DNA of 64,000 nucleotides from an uncultured Candidatus Melainabacteria bacterium (GTDB lineage: Bacteria; Cyanobacteriota; Vampirovibrionia; Gastranaerophilales; Gastranaerophilaceae): assembly GCA_934757255.1 (NCBI GenBank), contig CAKVLL010000004.1, positions 5,019 to 69,018 on the forward strand. The letters are read 5' to 3'. Of the stretch, positions 9,781-17,930 are shown in pieces. Within the stretch, counting starts at the first letter, position 1. Each line of letters starts with the position of its first letter. The position numbers and the translations under genes are program-made. The notes beneath the pieces were generated by a model. It searched no databases and was not told the origin of the DNA. It saw only the letters and a program-made list of their open reading frames with translations.

Positions 9781-10073
9781 TAATGTGAGGTACTCATCCT
9801 TTTCGGGTTAAAATGTTAAAATAGCAAACTCCACGAATTCACTACGAGGTTCCCAACCTCAAGGCTCCCAACCTTGTTTCAATTATTACATAGAAATCTT
9901 TTTAATGCAATAGCTTTGGAGTAAATGTTGTTAGAAAATTGCATTAACGCAAACCTTGCTCCGGATGTGCAGAATTTGATTTAACAATTTCGTAATACTC
10001 ATTCTTATCAATATTTACACCCATATTTTTGGTATCAATTGTAAATTTCTTTTTCTTTTTAGGTTTATATGGA

Positions 10074-10424
10074 TTAACGAATGATGACATTATTTTCTCC
10101 AACTTGTACAATTTTCGGCTTATGCGTTTTAATTTCTTCCGGAGTTAAATCTGCATAAGTAACAATAATTATTTTATCTCCCGGTTGCGCTTTCCTAGCT
10201 GCTGCACCATTCAAGCAAAAGCATTTTGAACCGCGCTTGCCTTTAATTACATAAGTCTGAAATCTTTCGCCATTATTAATATTCAAAATTTCAACTTTTT
10301 CCCATTCCATAATTCCGGAAAGTTCCAAAAATTCTTCATCTATTGTTATTGAACCAACGTAATTTAGATTTGCATCTGTAACTGTCGCTCTATGTATTTT
10401 AGAATTTAAAAATTGTCTTAACAT
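10074..10424 (-). CDS. panD: aspartate 1-decarboxylase
   Basis: [31 protein letters not shown] contains the Gly-Ser self-processing site, and the length and remaining sequence are typical of PanD. A GAGG Shine-Dalgarno lies upstream. Confidence 0.95.
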   Translation of the reverse strand: MLRQFLNSKIHRATVTDANLNYVGSITIDEEFLELSGIMEWEKVEILNINNGERFQTYVIKGKRGSKCFCLNGAAARKAQPGDKIIIVTYADLTPEEIKTHKPKIVQVGENNVIIR

Positions 10425-10482
10425 ATCTACCTCGCAAAAATCATGTTAACACGAACAAAAATATAGTAAAAGTTTAAACTAT

Positions 10483-10514
10483 AAAAAAAACCACTCGGTG
10501 TGTGTTTCGAGTGG
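10483..10514 (-). terminator. intrinsic terminator-like hairpin 58 nt upstream of the panD start
   Basis: Stem ccactcg (10491-10497) pairs with cgagtgg (10508-14), with a 10-nt loop. The A8 run at 10483-10490 gives a U8 tail on the minus strand. Confidence 0.6.
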
Positions 10515-10640
10515 GTTTGTTTTCTGCATCCTAATGGTCTTTTTTAGTGTTTATTATCTAGGAGTTTATATGATTTTGGGGTCATATATATTTTATTCTT
10601 TTGCTATTTAGTGTTTCGGCTACACTTAAAGTGTGTACTA

Positions 10641-10670
10641 ATATTATTGCACATAAGAATTTAATGTCAA
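10641..10670 (-). promoter_or_regulatory. candidate sigma-70 promoter on the minus strand
   Basis: On the minus strand, TTGACA (10670-10665), an 18-nt spacer, then TAATAT (10646-10641). It would drive a roughly 150-nt transcript ending at the 10483-10514 terminator. Confidence 0.3.
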
Positions 10671-10822
10671 GAGGAATATTTTAATTATTTTCTAAAGTTT
10701 ATAAAAATAACTGAACGTATTGCGTAGACAAGGTTTTGTACTTTACAAAAATTAACAAATAACAATTCAAGAATAAAAAATAATAATTGTATATATTACA
10801 TTTAATATTATTGTTATTTTAC

Positions 10823-10864
10823 AAAAAAAAAAGAGTTAAGATTTCTTACCTTAACTCTTTTTTT
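10823..10864 (-). terminator. intrinsic terminator downstream of dut (structurally bidirectional)
   Basis: A 10-bp stem, aagagttaag (10831-40) with cttaactctt (10850-59), flanked by an A8 run and a T-run. It lies 22 nt after the dut stop. Confidence 0.8.
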
Positions 10865-10885
10865 ACTTTTTACGCTTTTCTTCTT

Positions 10886-11323
10886 TTATACTTTTCCTGT
10901 TGAACCAAATCCGCCGGTTCCACGTTCTGTTTCAGTAAGTTCTGTAACAACTTCAATTTTTGCTTGTTCATAACGAGCGATAACCATTTGTGCAACTCTT
11001 TCATCAGGCTTGATTGTATATGGTTCATTTGACAAATTTACTAATGGTATACAAACTTCACCGCGATAATCTTCATCGATTGTTCCAACGCAATTAATAA
11101 GGCTGATGCCGTGTTTAATAGAAAGTCCTGAACGAGGTCTGATTTGAGCTTCATAACCATGCTCTAATTCAATCTTTAAACCTGTAGGAATCAATCTTCT
11201 TTCTAAAGGTTGAAGCGTAATTTCCTCATCAATAGCGGCACACAAATCCATGCCGGCAGCGCCTTCGGTTTTGTATTCAGGAACCAAACGGTTGTGTTCC
11301 ATTCTAAAAATCTTTAAAATCAT
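10886..11323 (-). CDS. dut: dUTP diphosphatase
   Basis: Contains [32 protein letters not shown] and a C-terminal [12 protein letters not shown]. Confidence 0.95.
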   Translation of the reverse strand: MILKIFRMEHNRLVPEYKTEGAAGMDLCAAIDEEITLQPLERRLIPTGLKIELEHGYEAQIRPRSGLSIKHGISLINCVGTIDEDYRGEVCIPLVNLSNEPYTIKPDERVAQMVIARYEQAKIEVVTELTETERGTGGFGSTGKV

Positions 11324-11360
11324 ACTTTCTCCTAAAAACTTTAAATCAACATAACTTCAT

Positions 11361-11398
11361 CATTCCCTCTCCTAGGGAGAGGGCTAGGGTGAGGGTTT
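11361..11398. repeat. GC-rich palindromic intergenic repeat (family 1 copy)
   Basis: The hairpin ccctctcc-tag-ggagaggg (11365-11383) is followed by ctagggtgaggg. Read on the minus strand it is ccctcaccc..ccctctcc..ggagaggg, the same architecture as the copies at 48061, 48181, 49243 and 53411. Confidence 0.8.
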
Positions 11399-11468
11399 TA
11401 TTTCTACGTATAAAACACCTTTAGCAATATGTAGGTTTGAACATTTTCACCCAACAAAAACTCTATAT

Positions 11469-11696
11469 TTAAGCAGTAATAATAGTTTTACCGTCAACAA
11501 CTTGCTTAGGGAAAATCGTAAGAGTTTCAATCCCTTTAATTTTATTAAGCTTACTATCTTCAGGATTAGCTTTCTGTGCTTTTTCAACAGCCTCTGAGTT
11601 ACCATTTGCCATTGACATAAAGCTATTTGAATATCTTATGAATAAATTTCGTCTTTGTGTAAAACTATCGTTTTGTGATATTGATGATACGTTCAT
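11469..11696 (-). CDS. hypothetical small protein (75 aa)
   Basis: ORF with a GAGGT Shine-Dalgarno about 10 nt upstream. I recognise no domain. Confidence 0.5.
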   Translation of the reverse strand: MNVSSISQNDSFTQRRNLFIRYSNSFMSMANGNSEAVEKAQKANPEDSKLNKIKGIETLTIFPKQVVDGKTIITA

Positions 11697-11914
11697 TTTA
11701 TTGTTACCTCACAAAGATTATTTTCTTTCAGATATAATTTTGAGTCAATAAAAGTGTTACATTTGTAACAAAAGATTTTTTATGTTAAAATTTTTTGGGT
11801 GGGTACGCACTCCAAACTTGAAACTTTATTTCAAGACTTGCCATAAGCTTTATCCATCTTACAATTGATAATTGAATAAACGATATATATCGTATTGGCA
11901 AAAGCAGTAATTAA

Positions 11915-11996
11915 GTCGTAGTGGCGGAATCGGTATACGTGCACGTTTGAGGGGCGTGTGGAGCAATCCTTGCGGGTTCAAGTCCCGCCTACGACA
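11915..11996 (+). tRNA. tRNA-Leu (anticodon GAG)
   Basis: Manual cloverleaf: acceptor GTCGTAG/CTACGAC with discriminator A; anticodon stem CACGT/GCGTG; loop TTGAGGG (U33, GAG, G37). It has a 13-nt variable arm (class II) and T-arm GCGGG-TTCAAGT-CCCGC. CCA is not encoded. Confidence 0.9.
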
Positions 11997-12355
11997 TTTT
12001 GTTTTTAGAGCTTTCATAAGAAGGCTCTATTTAAGTATTTACAGCATTTCTATGGATTTCAATCACAATGACATTACTAAAGGTTTTGTTTATCATTTTT
12101 TAGTGTCTCTTTTGCACAGTCTGAAAGCTTTTAAAAGGTTTCACTCAATGTTTCTAAATCAGCAGAAAATGACTCCTTATTCTTTTGCTTAATCTGTTTT
12201 AAGACGAATGAATTATACTATATTCATTGAAGGAAAACTTCTATAATATGGATAATTCTATTGCTTAAGCAGTTACAAAGACTATCATTGCCAAACAATA
12301 TGGCTGTTCGGTCGGTAATCTATACAACTTCCTTAGCAAGTTGGTAGAAATCGCA

Positions 12356-12396
12356 TAATAAATAGAACTCATGGTTATCATGAGTTCTATTTATTA
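12356..12396. terminator. 18-bp perfect hairpin downstream of the EF-hand-like gene (likely terminator)
   Basis: tataataaatagaactcatg / catgagttctatttatta with loop gttat, 18 nt after the stop at 12414. The flanks are only moderately U-rich. Confidence 0.55.
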
Positions 12397-12413
12397 CTAT
12401 TTATAACCTTTTA

Positions 12414-13040
12414 TTATAAACCGAACGGTGATAAGTGAAAATCTTTTATAAGTTTTTTGTATTCAGGATCATTCTTCATTGCTGTATATTCTGCTACTGT
12501 AAATGTACCGTCTTCACCAGCATATTTATCAACAATTGCCTCTAATCTACTACCAATAGCTTGTTTGTCATATATTAAAGGTAATTTCATCTTATCTAAA
12601 TTATTTAGTAAACCGACTTTTACTTCACCTTTTGTACATTGCCCGTCTGCAAAGCAATTCTTTGATTTATCTACCCAACCCATTTCAATTTTTGCAAAGT
12701 TACTTGATGAATGATATTGGTCTAATACAGCACCCCATTCGTTACCATTAAGGAAGTCAGCCCATTCTTCTGCTTGGAATATACCGTCAGCGCCAGCATA
12801 TTTTTTCAATGCCTCTGGTACTTTGTCAGTCAATGCTTTCAATTTGTTATATTCATTAGAACCTTCTTTCAGACCTGATAACAAATTACCAATGTTTAAA
12901 TCATTGTAGGCTTCATTGACAGTAACTTTACCGTCCTTTTTACCGCCATTACCATCCATTCTGTTTGTTAAAACATCATTGATACCATTCAAGTATTCCT
13001 GTGAATATCTATTGCCATTACCAGTGCCGTCTATTGCCAT
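12414..13040 (-). CDS. hypothetical protein with three EF-hand-like Ca-binding loop repeats
   Basis: Repeats are DGNGGKKDGKVTVNEAY, KKYAGADGIFQAEEWADF and DKYAGEDGTFTVAEYTAM (a DG.h....E pattern, with a clear internal duplication). There is no signal peptide. Confidence 0.6.
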   Translation of the reverse strand: MAIDGTGNGNRYSQEYLNGINDVLTNRMDGNGGKKDGKVTVNEAYNDLNIGNLLSGLKEGSNEYNKLKALTDKVPEALKKYAGADGIFQAEEWADFLNGNEWGAVLDQYHSSSNFAKIEMGWVDKSKNCFADGQCTKGEVKVGLLNNLDKMKLPLIYDKQAIGSRLEAIVDKYAGEDGTFTVAEYTAMKNDPEYKKLIKDFHLSPFGL

Positions 13041-13284
13041 ACTGCTCTCCTTTTGTTATATATTCCTATATGTTGATATATATATAAAACATATAAAACA
13101 TAAAAAATTGCCTTTTATGTTAAGAACTATTAAGACAACTTTTTCCTGCCAGCACATACACTAATAATAAATGCCCACACAGAGACCACCAGCAACCATT
13201 ATAAGCTATATTGCAATCTCATCAGGTAATATCCCCTAGATTTGAAACTACATGATACATTCCGGAATTAATTTACATTTTTGC

Positions 13285-13578
13285 TTAAACTTGTTTTAAG
13301 TTTGCCAACGTCAAACCGTGTTCTTTTATGTATTGCAACAATTTAACATCTTCTAGATTTATTGCAATTCCAACCGAGTAAGCATAATTAACCGCTTCTT
13401 TTGTATCGTCAGAAACTTTGATAACTCTATTTCTTGAATTTCCTACAATTGCAGGTTTCCTGCCTGCTTTAATCTTAGCAACATTTTGTGCAACATTAGC
13501 ACGGATAGTATTAGCTTCGTCTTCTGTAAACATAGTTCTGTCATTCAATATATCTTCAGTAGTTCTAAGCTTTATCAT
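13285..13578 (-). CDS. putative antitoxin (97 aa, no recognisable XRE HTH; possibly ribbon-helix-helix-like)
   Basis: It overlaps the upstream toxin gene by 14 nt. It contains AGRKPAIVGNSRNRVIKVSDDTKEAVNYA (a GRKP..beta-strand-helix pattern). The assignment rests on position. Confidence 0.5.
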   Translation of the reverse strand: MIKLRTTEDILNDRTMFTEDEANTIRANVAQNVAKIKAGRKPAIVGNSRNRVIKVSDDTKEAVNYAYSVGIAINLEDVKLLQYIKEHGLTLANLKQV

Positions 13579-13918
13579 TAGCTAACTCCTTTTCTTCTTG
13601 TTCTAAGTAAGCTTCAATAAGTTTGCGAGCTTGCTTTTTGTAACGTTCAGGTGCTTTCTGCGTAGTTTTCAAACAGATAAACCCAATAATGACAATTCGT
13701 CTGCGGTTATAATCGTACATAAAGTAGGCTCTTACACCTTTGGGTTTAATTTCAAATAACCCATTTCCAAGGTCATTTATGTTCTTATAAGCCGTTCCGA
13801 CATGTTCAAAAGTAGATATAGCTTCAAGTATCTTTATCCTGTATTCAGGTGCTAATCCTGACAACTGCATATCTGCTTCTGGTAAGTATTCAGCTTTAAA
13901 TATTCGTTCATCCGTCAT
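13565..13918 (-). CDS. RelE/ParE-superfamily toxin, Gp49/HigB-like (DUF891-type)
   Basis: LGNGLFEIKPKGVRAYFMYDYNRRRIVIIGFICLKTTQKAPERYKKQARKL matches the Gp49-like killer-protein pattern (L.g..l.ElR....yRi.y......i.ll..f.Kk..k.P...i..A). Confidence 0.75.
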   Translation of the reverse strand: MTDERIFKAEYLPEADMQLSGLAPEYRIKILEAISTFEHVGTAYKNINDLGNGLFEIKPKGVRAYFMYDYNRRRIVIIGFICLKTTQKAPERYKKQARKLIEAYLEQEEKELANDKA

Positions 13919-13939
13919 GGTATATTTCCATTATACTAT

Positions 13940-13954
13940 ATTAGGTAACCTAAT
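13940..13954. promoter_or_regulatory. perfect palindrome upstream of the toxin gene (candidate operator)
   Basis: attaggt-a-acctaat lies 22-36 nt upstream of the ATG at 13918 and overlaps or adjoins a minus-strand TATAAT (13935-13930). Confidence 0.35.
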
Positions 13955-14212
13955 TCAAGAGTATGTTACAAATCAGTTATCTAAATTGCTATAATTTAAA
14001 GTTATTATAAGATATGTCAATCGTTTCTTGGTCAATTCTAATGTACCTTAATACAATAGAAGGACTTGAATCGTTTAATATTTTCTGTAACAAAGCTAAA
14101 TCATTGTTCTTAATGGTGATAATCAAACGCCTAATCAAGATTTTTATCTATACATTGAAATCAAGCACTAAATTTGATACAATTCTTAGATGTAAAATAA
14201 GGATTTTTTGCA

Positions 14213-15061
14213 TTGTACCAAATTATCGGTGAATATTTAGAATATTTAGAATTAGAAAAAGGGCTTTCAGCAAACACTATTGACGCATATCGGAGAGATT
14301 TGACGGATTTTTCTGTTAATATTGAAGATATTGACTTGATAAACAGAATGACCATTAATTCTTATATCAGAAAATTAAAAGAGCGCAATTTTGCACCTTC
14401 TAGTATAATCAGAAAAATTGCAACTTTAAGAGGATTCTTTAAGTGGGCAAATTCTTCCGGCATATTAGAAAAAAATCCGGCAGCAACATTAGAGCAACCA
14501 AAAGTTCCTCAAAGATTACCCAAAGTTGTTTCCCTAAAAGAAATTGAAGAGATGCTACATAACAATCTTACTGAATTAGAACATGTAATGATGGAATTAT
14601 TATATAGTTGCGGATTAAGGGTTTCAGAACTCGTTAATTTAAAACTTAATGATATAGATTTATCATCTAAATACGTTCGCTGTTTTGGTAAAGGTTCAAA
14701 AGAAAGAATTATACCGATTGGCGAACAAGCAAAGCTAGTTATTAAAGAATATTTACCAACTAGAGACTTTCTAATAAAAAAATATAACTTAACGACAAAA
14801 AATCTGTTGATTAATGAAAAAGGACATCTGATAACGCGCCAAGATGTATATAATTTTATACATAAACAAGGGAAATTAATTCATAAAAGCATTTCTCCGC
14901 ACACATTAAGACATAGTTTTGCAACACACCTTCTGGAAAATGGAGCAGATCTAAGAGTTGTACAAGAACTTTTGGGACACAGCGATGTCTCTACTACACA
15001 ACTTTACACACACATCAGCAAAAAACGTTTAAAGGAAGTTTATTTTTCAATTAACAAATGA
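14213..15061 (+). CDS. tyrosine recombinase, XerC/XerD type
   Basis: N-terminal SAM-like domain (YLELEKGLSANTIDAYRRDL). Catalytic residues appear in GLRVSEL, HTLRHSFATHLLENGADLRVVQELLGHSDVSTTQLYTH. Confidence 0.9.
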   Translation: MYQIIGEYLEYLELEKGLSANTIDAYRRDLTDFSVNIEDIDLINRMTINSYIRKLKERNFAPSSIIRKIATLRGFFKWANSSGILEKNPAATLEQPKVPQRLPKVVSLKEIEEMLHNNLTELEHVMMELLYSCGLRVSELVNLKLNDIDLSSKYVRCFGKGSKERIIPIGEQAKLVIKEYLPTRDFLIKKYNLTTKNLLINEKGHLITRQDVYNFIHKQGKLIHKSISPHTLRHSFATHLLENGADLRVVQELLGHSDVSTTQLYTHISKKRLKEVYFSINK

Positions 15062-15102
15062 TGTTAAATGAATTTTTTACATTCTCGTTGTATAATACTT
15101 GT

Positions 15103-15363
15103 ATGAAAAAAATAGTTCTTTTATTAGTGATATTAAGTTTTGCAAGTGCGGTAAACGCAGCATCAATTAACGCTGCAGCCTATAGAACAATGCAAATGCA
15201 ATCTTATCGCAACAATTACAACAGACAAGTAAATAATCGCACGATGCCCTATTGGCAAATGCAGTCTAACTATGCAACAAGAAGTCGCGTTGATTATTCC
15301 ACCTATCAAAACTATGTAAATCAACATAATGATAATGTAAGAATGCAAAGAAGCAGGTATTAA
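15103..15363 (+). CDS. small secreted Q/N/Y/R-rich protein
   Basis: MKKIVLLLVILSFASAVNA is a clear Sec signal peptide, followed by about 67 aa rich in Q, N, Y, R and M. The track start at 15058 is unlikely to be the real start. The stop overlaps the rqcH start. Confidence 0.6.
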   Translation: MKKIVLLLVILSFASAVNAASINAAAYRTMQMQSYRNNYNRQVNNRTMPYWQMQSNYATRSRVDYSTYQNYVNQHNDNVRMQRSRY

Positions 15364-16889
15364 TGATTAACATTGATTTTCTGACTCTAAAAGCATTTTT
15401 TTTAGAAAATATTGATTTCTTTATTGGCGCACGTCTGCAAAAAATACAACAACCCACAAGAAGAGATTTTGTATTTTCGCTAAGAAACAATTCTGAGAGT
15501 AGAAAACTTTATATAAATATCAATCCGCAAATTTACCATATTTGCTTCATGTCACAAGAAAACGAGCAAAGGCGCAATATTACCATTCCTCAAAAACCTC
15601 CGATGTTTTGCATGCTACTTAGAAAATATTTGGAAGGTTGTAGAATTTTTGACACACTTGTCATTGAAAATGAGCGAATAATAGAATTTCATTTTGAAAT
15701 AATGGATGAATTTTCACAAAAACGTTCACTTTGCTTATGCATAGAGTTAATGGGAAAACATTCCAATATAATTCTATACGATAGAGAAACTTCAATTATA
15801 ATCGGCTGCGCTCATAACGTAGGTTCTGAAAAAAGCCGTTACAGAGAACTTCAAGGAGGACTTAAATATATCTATCCTCCTAAAAATTCGTCAATAAATT
15901 TGTCTAAAGAATTACAAAAACAATTTACAGGCCTAAACCAAGAACAAATTAATAACTATCTAAATAAAGATAAATTTAATCCAGCTATTTTAGATGAAAA
16001 ATATACTTTATTTCAGGAATTGTTACCAAATTCTAATCCGGAAAAATCTGTAAATTCTATGTTGGATAATTATTATTCAAAAATTCAAGAGCAAATAATT
16101 ATCAATTCAGAAAAAGCAAGATTAACAGCAATCGTAAATCCTATGCTAAAAAAAGTAAAAAACTCAATTGATAAAATATCAGCTTTACTAAAAAAGCGCG
16201 ATAATACAGAAAAATATAAACTTTACGGCGAACTTTTAACTGCTAACTTATATCAAAAATGTGATTTCAAAAGTCAAATTGAAGTCTTTGATTACATAAA
16301 CAATAAAGATATAGTGATAGAACTTGATACAACAAAAACATTAAATGAAAATGCTCAAAAATATTTTAAACTTTATTCAAAATCAAAAATTACTAAAGAA
16401 AAATCTCAAGAGATACTCAACAATTTAAACATCGAGTCCGAATACCTAGAAAATTTAATTTACAGTATAAACACAGCAAAAAAAATAAAAGATTTTGATG
16501 AAATAAAAGCAGAATTAAAATTAGATGACATTAAACCAACAAAACAAAACAAAACTGAAATTATGAAAATAGAAAAGGATGGATTTGATATTTATATTGG
16601 CAGAAATAACAAACAAAATGATTATATCGTATCAAAACTAGCAAAAGACAACGATTATTGGTTTCACACAAGACTATGCGCCGGCTCACATGTGCTTTTA
16701 AAGGTTCAAGAGGTAGAACCTGATGAAAACATACTTTTCGAATGCTGTAAACTTGCTCGAGAATTTTCATCTGCGACACAACCCTCAAAAGTAGGGGTAA
16801 TATATACGCGAGCTAAAAATTTAAAAAAACCACCAGCTGCACCACTTGGATACGTAATTTATAAAAATGAAAAAGAAGTATTGGTTTAA
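15363..16889 (+). CDS. rqcH: ribosome quality-control protein RqcH (NFACT / FbpA family)
   Basis: NFACT-N domain (GARLQKIQQPTRRDFVFSLR), a coiled-coil middle and an NFACT-R/DUF814 block (GRNNKQNDYIV..DYWFHTRLCAGSHVLLK). Confidence 0.85.
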   Translation: MINIDFLTLKAFFLENIDFFIGARLQKIQQPTRRDFVFSLRNNSESRKLYININPQIYHICFMSQENEQRRNITIPQKPPMFCMLLRKYLEGCRIFDTLVIENERIIEFHFEIMDEFSQKRSLCLCIELMGKHSNIILYDRETSIIIGCAHNVGSEKSRYRELQGGLKYIYPPKNSSINLSKELQKQFTGLNQEQINNYLNKDKFNPAILDEKYTLFQELLPNSNPEKSVNSMLDNYYSKIQEQIIINSEKARLTAIVNPMLKKVKNSIDKISALLKKRDNTEKYKLYGELLTANLYQKCDFKSQIEVFDYINNKDIVIELDTTKTLNENAQKYFKLYSKSKITKEKSQEILNNLNIESEYLENLIYSINTAKKIKDFDEIKAELKLDDIKPTKQNKTEIMKIEKDGFDIYIGRNNKQNDYIVSKLAKDNDYWFHTRLCAGSHVLLKVQEVEPDENILFECCKLAREFSSATQPSKVGVIYTRAKNLKKPPAAPLGYVIYKNEKEVLV

Positions 16890-16905
16890 AACAAATTTAT
16901 AATAC

Positions 16906-16935
16906 TTGAATATTTACCTCTATTTGGGTTAGAAT
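16906..16935 (+). promoter_or_regulatory. candidate promoter of mraY
   Basis: TTGAAT (16906-11), 18-nt spacer, TAGAAT (16930-35). An AAGGAG Shine-Dalgarno lies 9 nt before the ATG at 16971. Confidence 0.35.
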
Positions 16936-16970
16936 TTACTTAAATTAAGGACAATAAGGAGAAATTTGCA

Positions 16971-17930
16971 ATGATAATGTTAGCAGTAGCTTTATTAATG
17001 AGTATGGTTTTATGCTTGTTATTTGGAGTACCGTATATAGATTTTTTAAGAAAAAAAACAATTGGACAATATATACTAGATGTTGCTCCAGAGGCTCATG
17101 CTAAAAAAGCCGGCACACCTACAACAGGCGGTGTTTTCATAATTGCTGCTATAATTATAGCTTCTATTATTACGCTTTTTATGGCACAGCAAATGGATAA
17201 TGCAGCTTGGATAATTTTAATCACGCTTTTGTTTATGGCATTAGCCGGCTTACAAGATGACTACCTAAAAATAAAAGGTCATGAAAATAAAGGTTTAAGC
17301 CCAAGAGGAAAACTTGTAAGACAAATATTAATTGCACTAATTCCAACAGTTTATGCTATGCAAACCTATGGAACTGTAATCACATTGGGTTCACATGATT
17401 TTGACTTAGGTTACGTATATCCGATTTTCACAGTTTTTGTTGTAACTGGCGCCTCCAATGCATATAACTTAACAGACGGACTTGATGGGCTTGCAGCTTC
17501 AACCGGAATTCCTGCATTTTTGGCTTGCGGAATAATTGCATTTATGGGTGGACATAATTCCGCAGCAATCGTAGCAGCTACAGTTATTGGCGCGTTAATA
17601 GGTTTTCTGAAATACAATAAACCAAAAGCACAAGTATTTATGGGCGACACCGGTTCATTAGCACTTGGTGGATTATTGGGTACGTTAGCCGTTATCGGAA
17701 GATGCGAATTACTATTAGCATTATTTGGCGGAGTTTTTGTTATGGAAACTTTATCCGTTATATTACAAGTTTCTAGTTTCAAACTAACAGGCAAAAGAAT
17801 TTTCAAAATGTCGCCAATTCACCATCATTTTGAATTATGCGGACACTCTGAAACAAGAATTGATAAAGAATTTACTCTTGTTTCATTAATATTATCAATT
17901 ATTGCGGTTCTACTAAACTATTTTATTTAA
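16971..17930 (+). CDS. mraY: phospho-N-acetylmuramoyl-pentapeptide transferase
   Basis: Contains KKAGTPTTGGV, NAYNLTDGLDGLA, FMGDTGSLALGG and SPIHHHFE. Confidence 0.95.
   Translation: MIMLAVALLMSMVLCLLFGVPYIDFLRKKTIGQYILDVAPEAHAKKAGTPTTGGVFIIAAIIIASIITLFMAQQMDNAAWIILITLLFMALAGLQDDYLKIKGHENKGLSPRGKLVRQILIALIPTVYAMQTYGTVITLGSHDFDLGYVYPIFTVFVVTGASNAYNLTDGLDGLAASTGIPAFLACGIIAFMGGHNSAAIVAATVIGALIGFLKYNKPKAQVFMGDTGSLALGGLLGTLAVIGRCELLLALFGGVFVMETLSVILQVSSFKLTGKRIFKMSPIHHHFELCGHSETRIDKEFTLVSLILSIIAVLLNYFI

Noticed and set aside
9841-9947. Tandem near-duplicate hairpins (gaggttcccaacctc / aaggctcccaacctt) and a 10-bp inverted repeat (ttaatgcaat..attgcattaa) between the SNF2 start and the panD stop.
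   Set aside because: They are short, have no second copy in the window, and their position is compatible with an ordinary panD 3' structure or SNF2 5' UTR. That is not enough to call a feature.
9952-10032. 26-codon ORF (MGVNIDKNEYYEIVKSNSAHPEQGLR) downstream of panD on the minus strand.
   Set aside because: It has no Shine-Dalgarno sequence and no recognisable features, and is probably a chance ORF.
11947-12192. 81-aa ORF on the plus strand.
   Set aside because: It starts inside the tRNA-Leu gene and continues through non-coding spacer. It has no Shine-Dalgarno and an odd composition.
11915-15061. Possible integrated island: tRNA-Leu followed by loosely packed accessory-looking genes (EF-hand-like protein, toxin-antitoxin pair) and a tyrosine recombinase.
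   Set aside because: The recombinase has the size and motifs of housekeeping XerC/D, lies 2.2 kb from the tRNA and is transcribed away from it. I found no direct repeat of the tRNA 3' end (tcccgcctacgac) elsewhere in the window, and no phage or conjugation genes.
17411-17806. 131-aa ORF antisense to mraY. Similar antisense or shadow ORFs in the track include 6092-6409, 25013-25309, 35590-35919, 36872-37231 and 60263-60610.
   Set aside because: Each lies wholly within a strongly supported conserved gene on the opposite strand. These are typical shadow ORFs.
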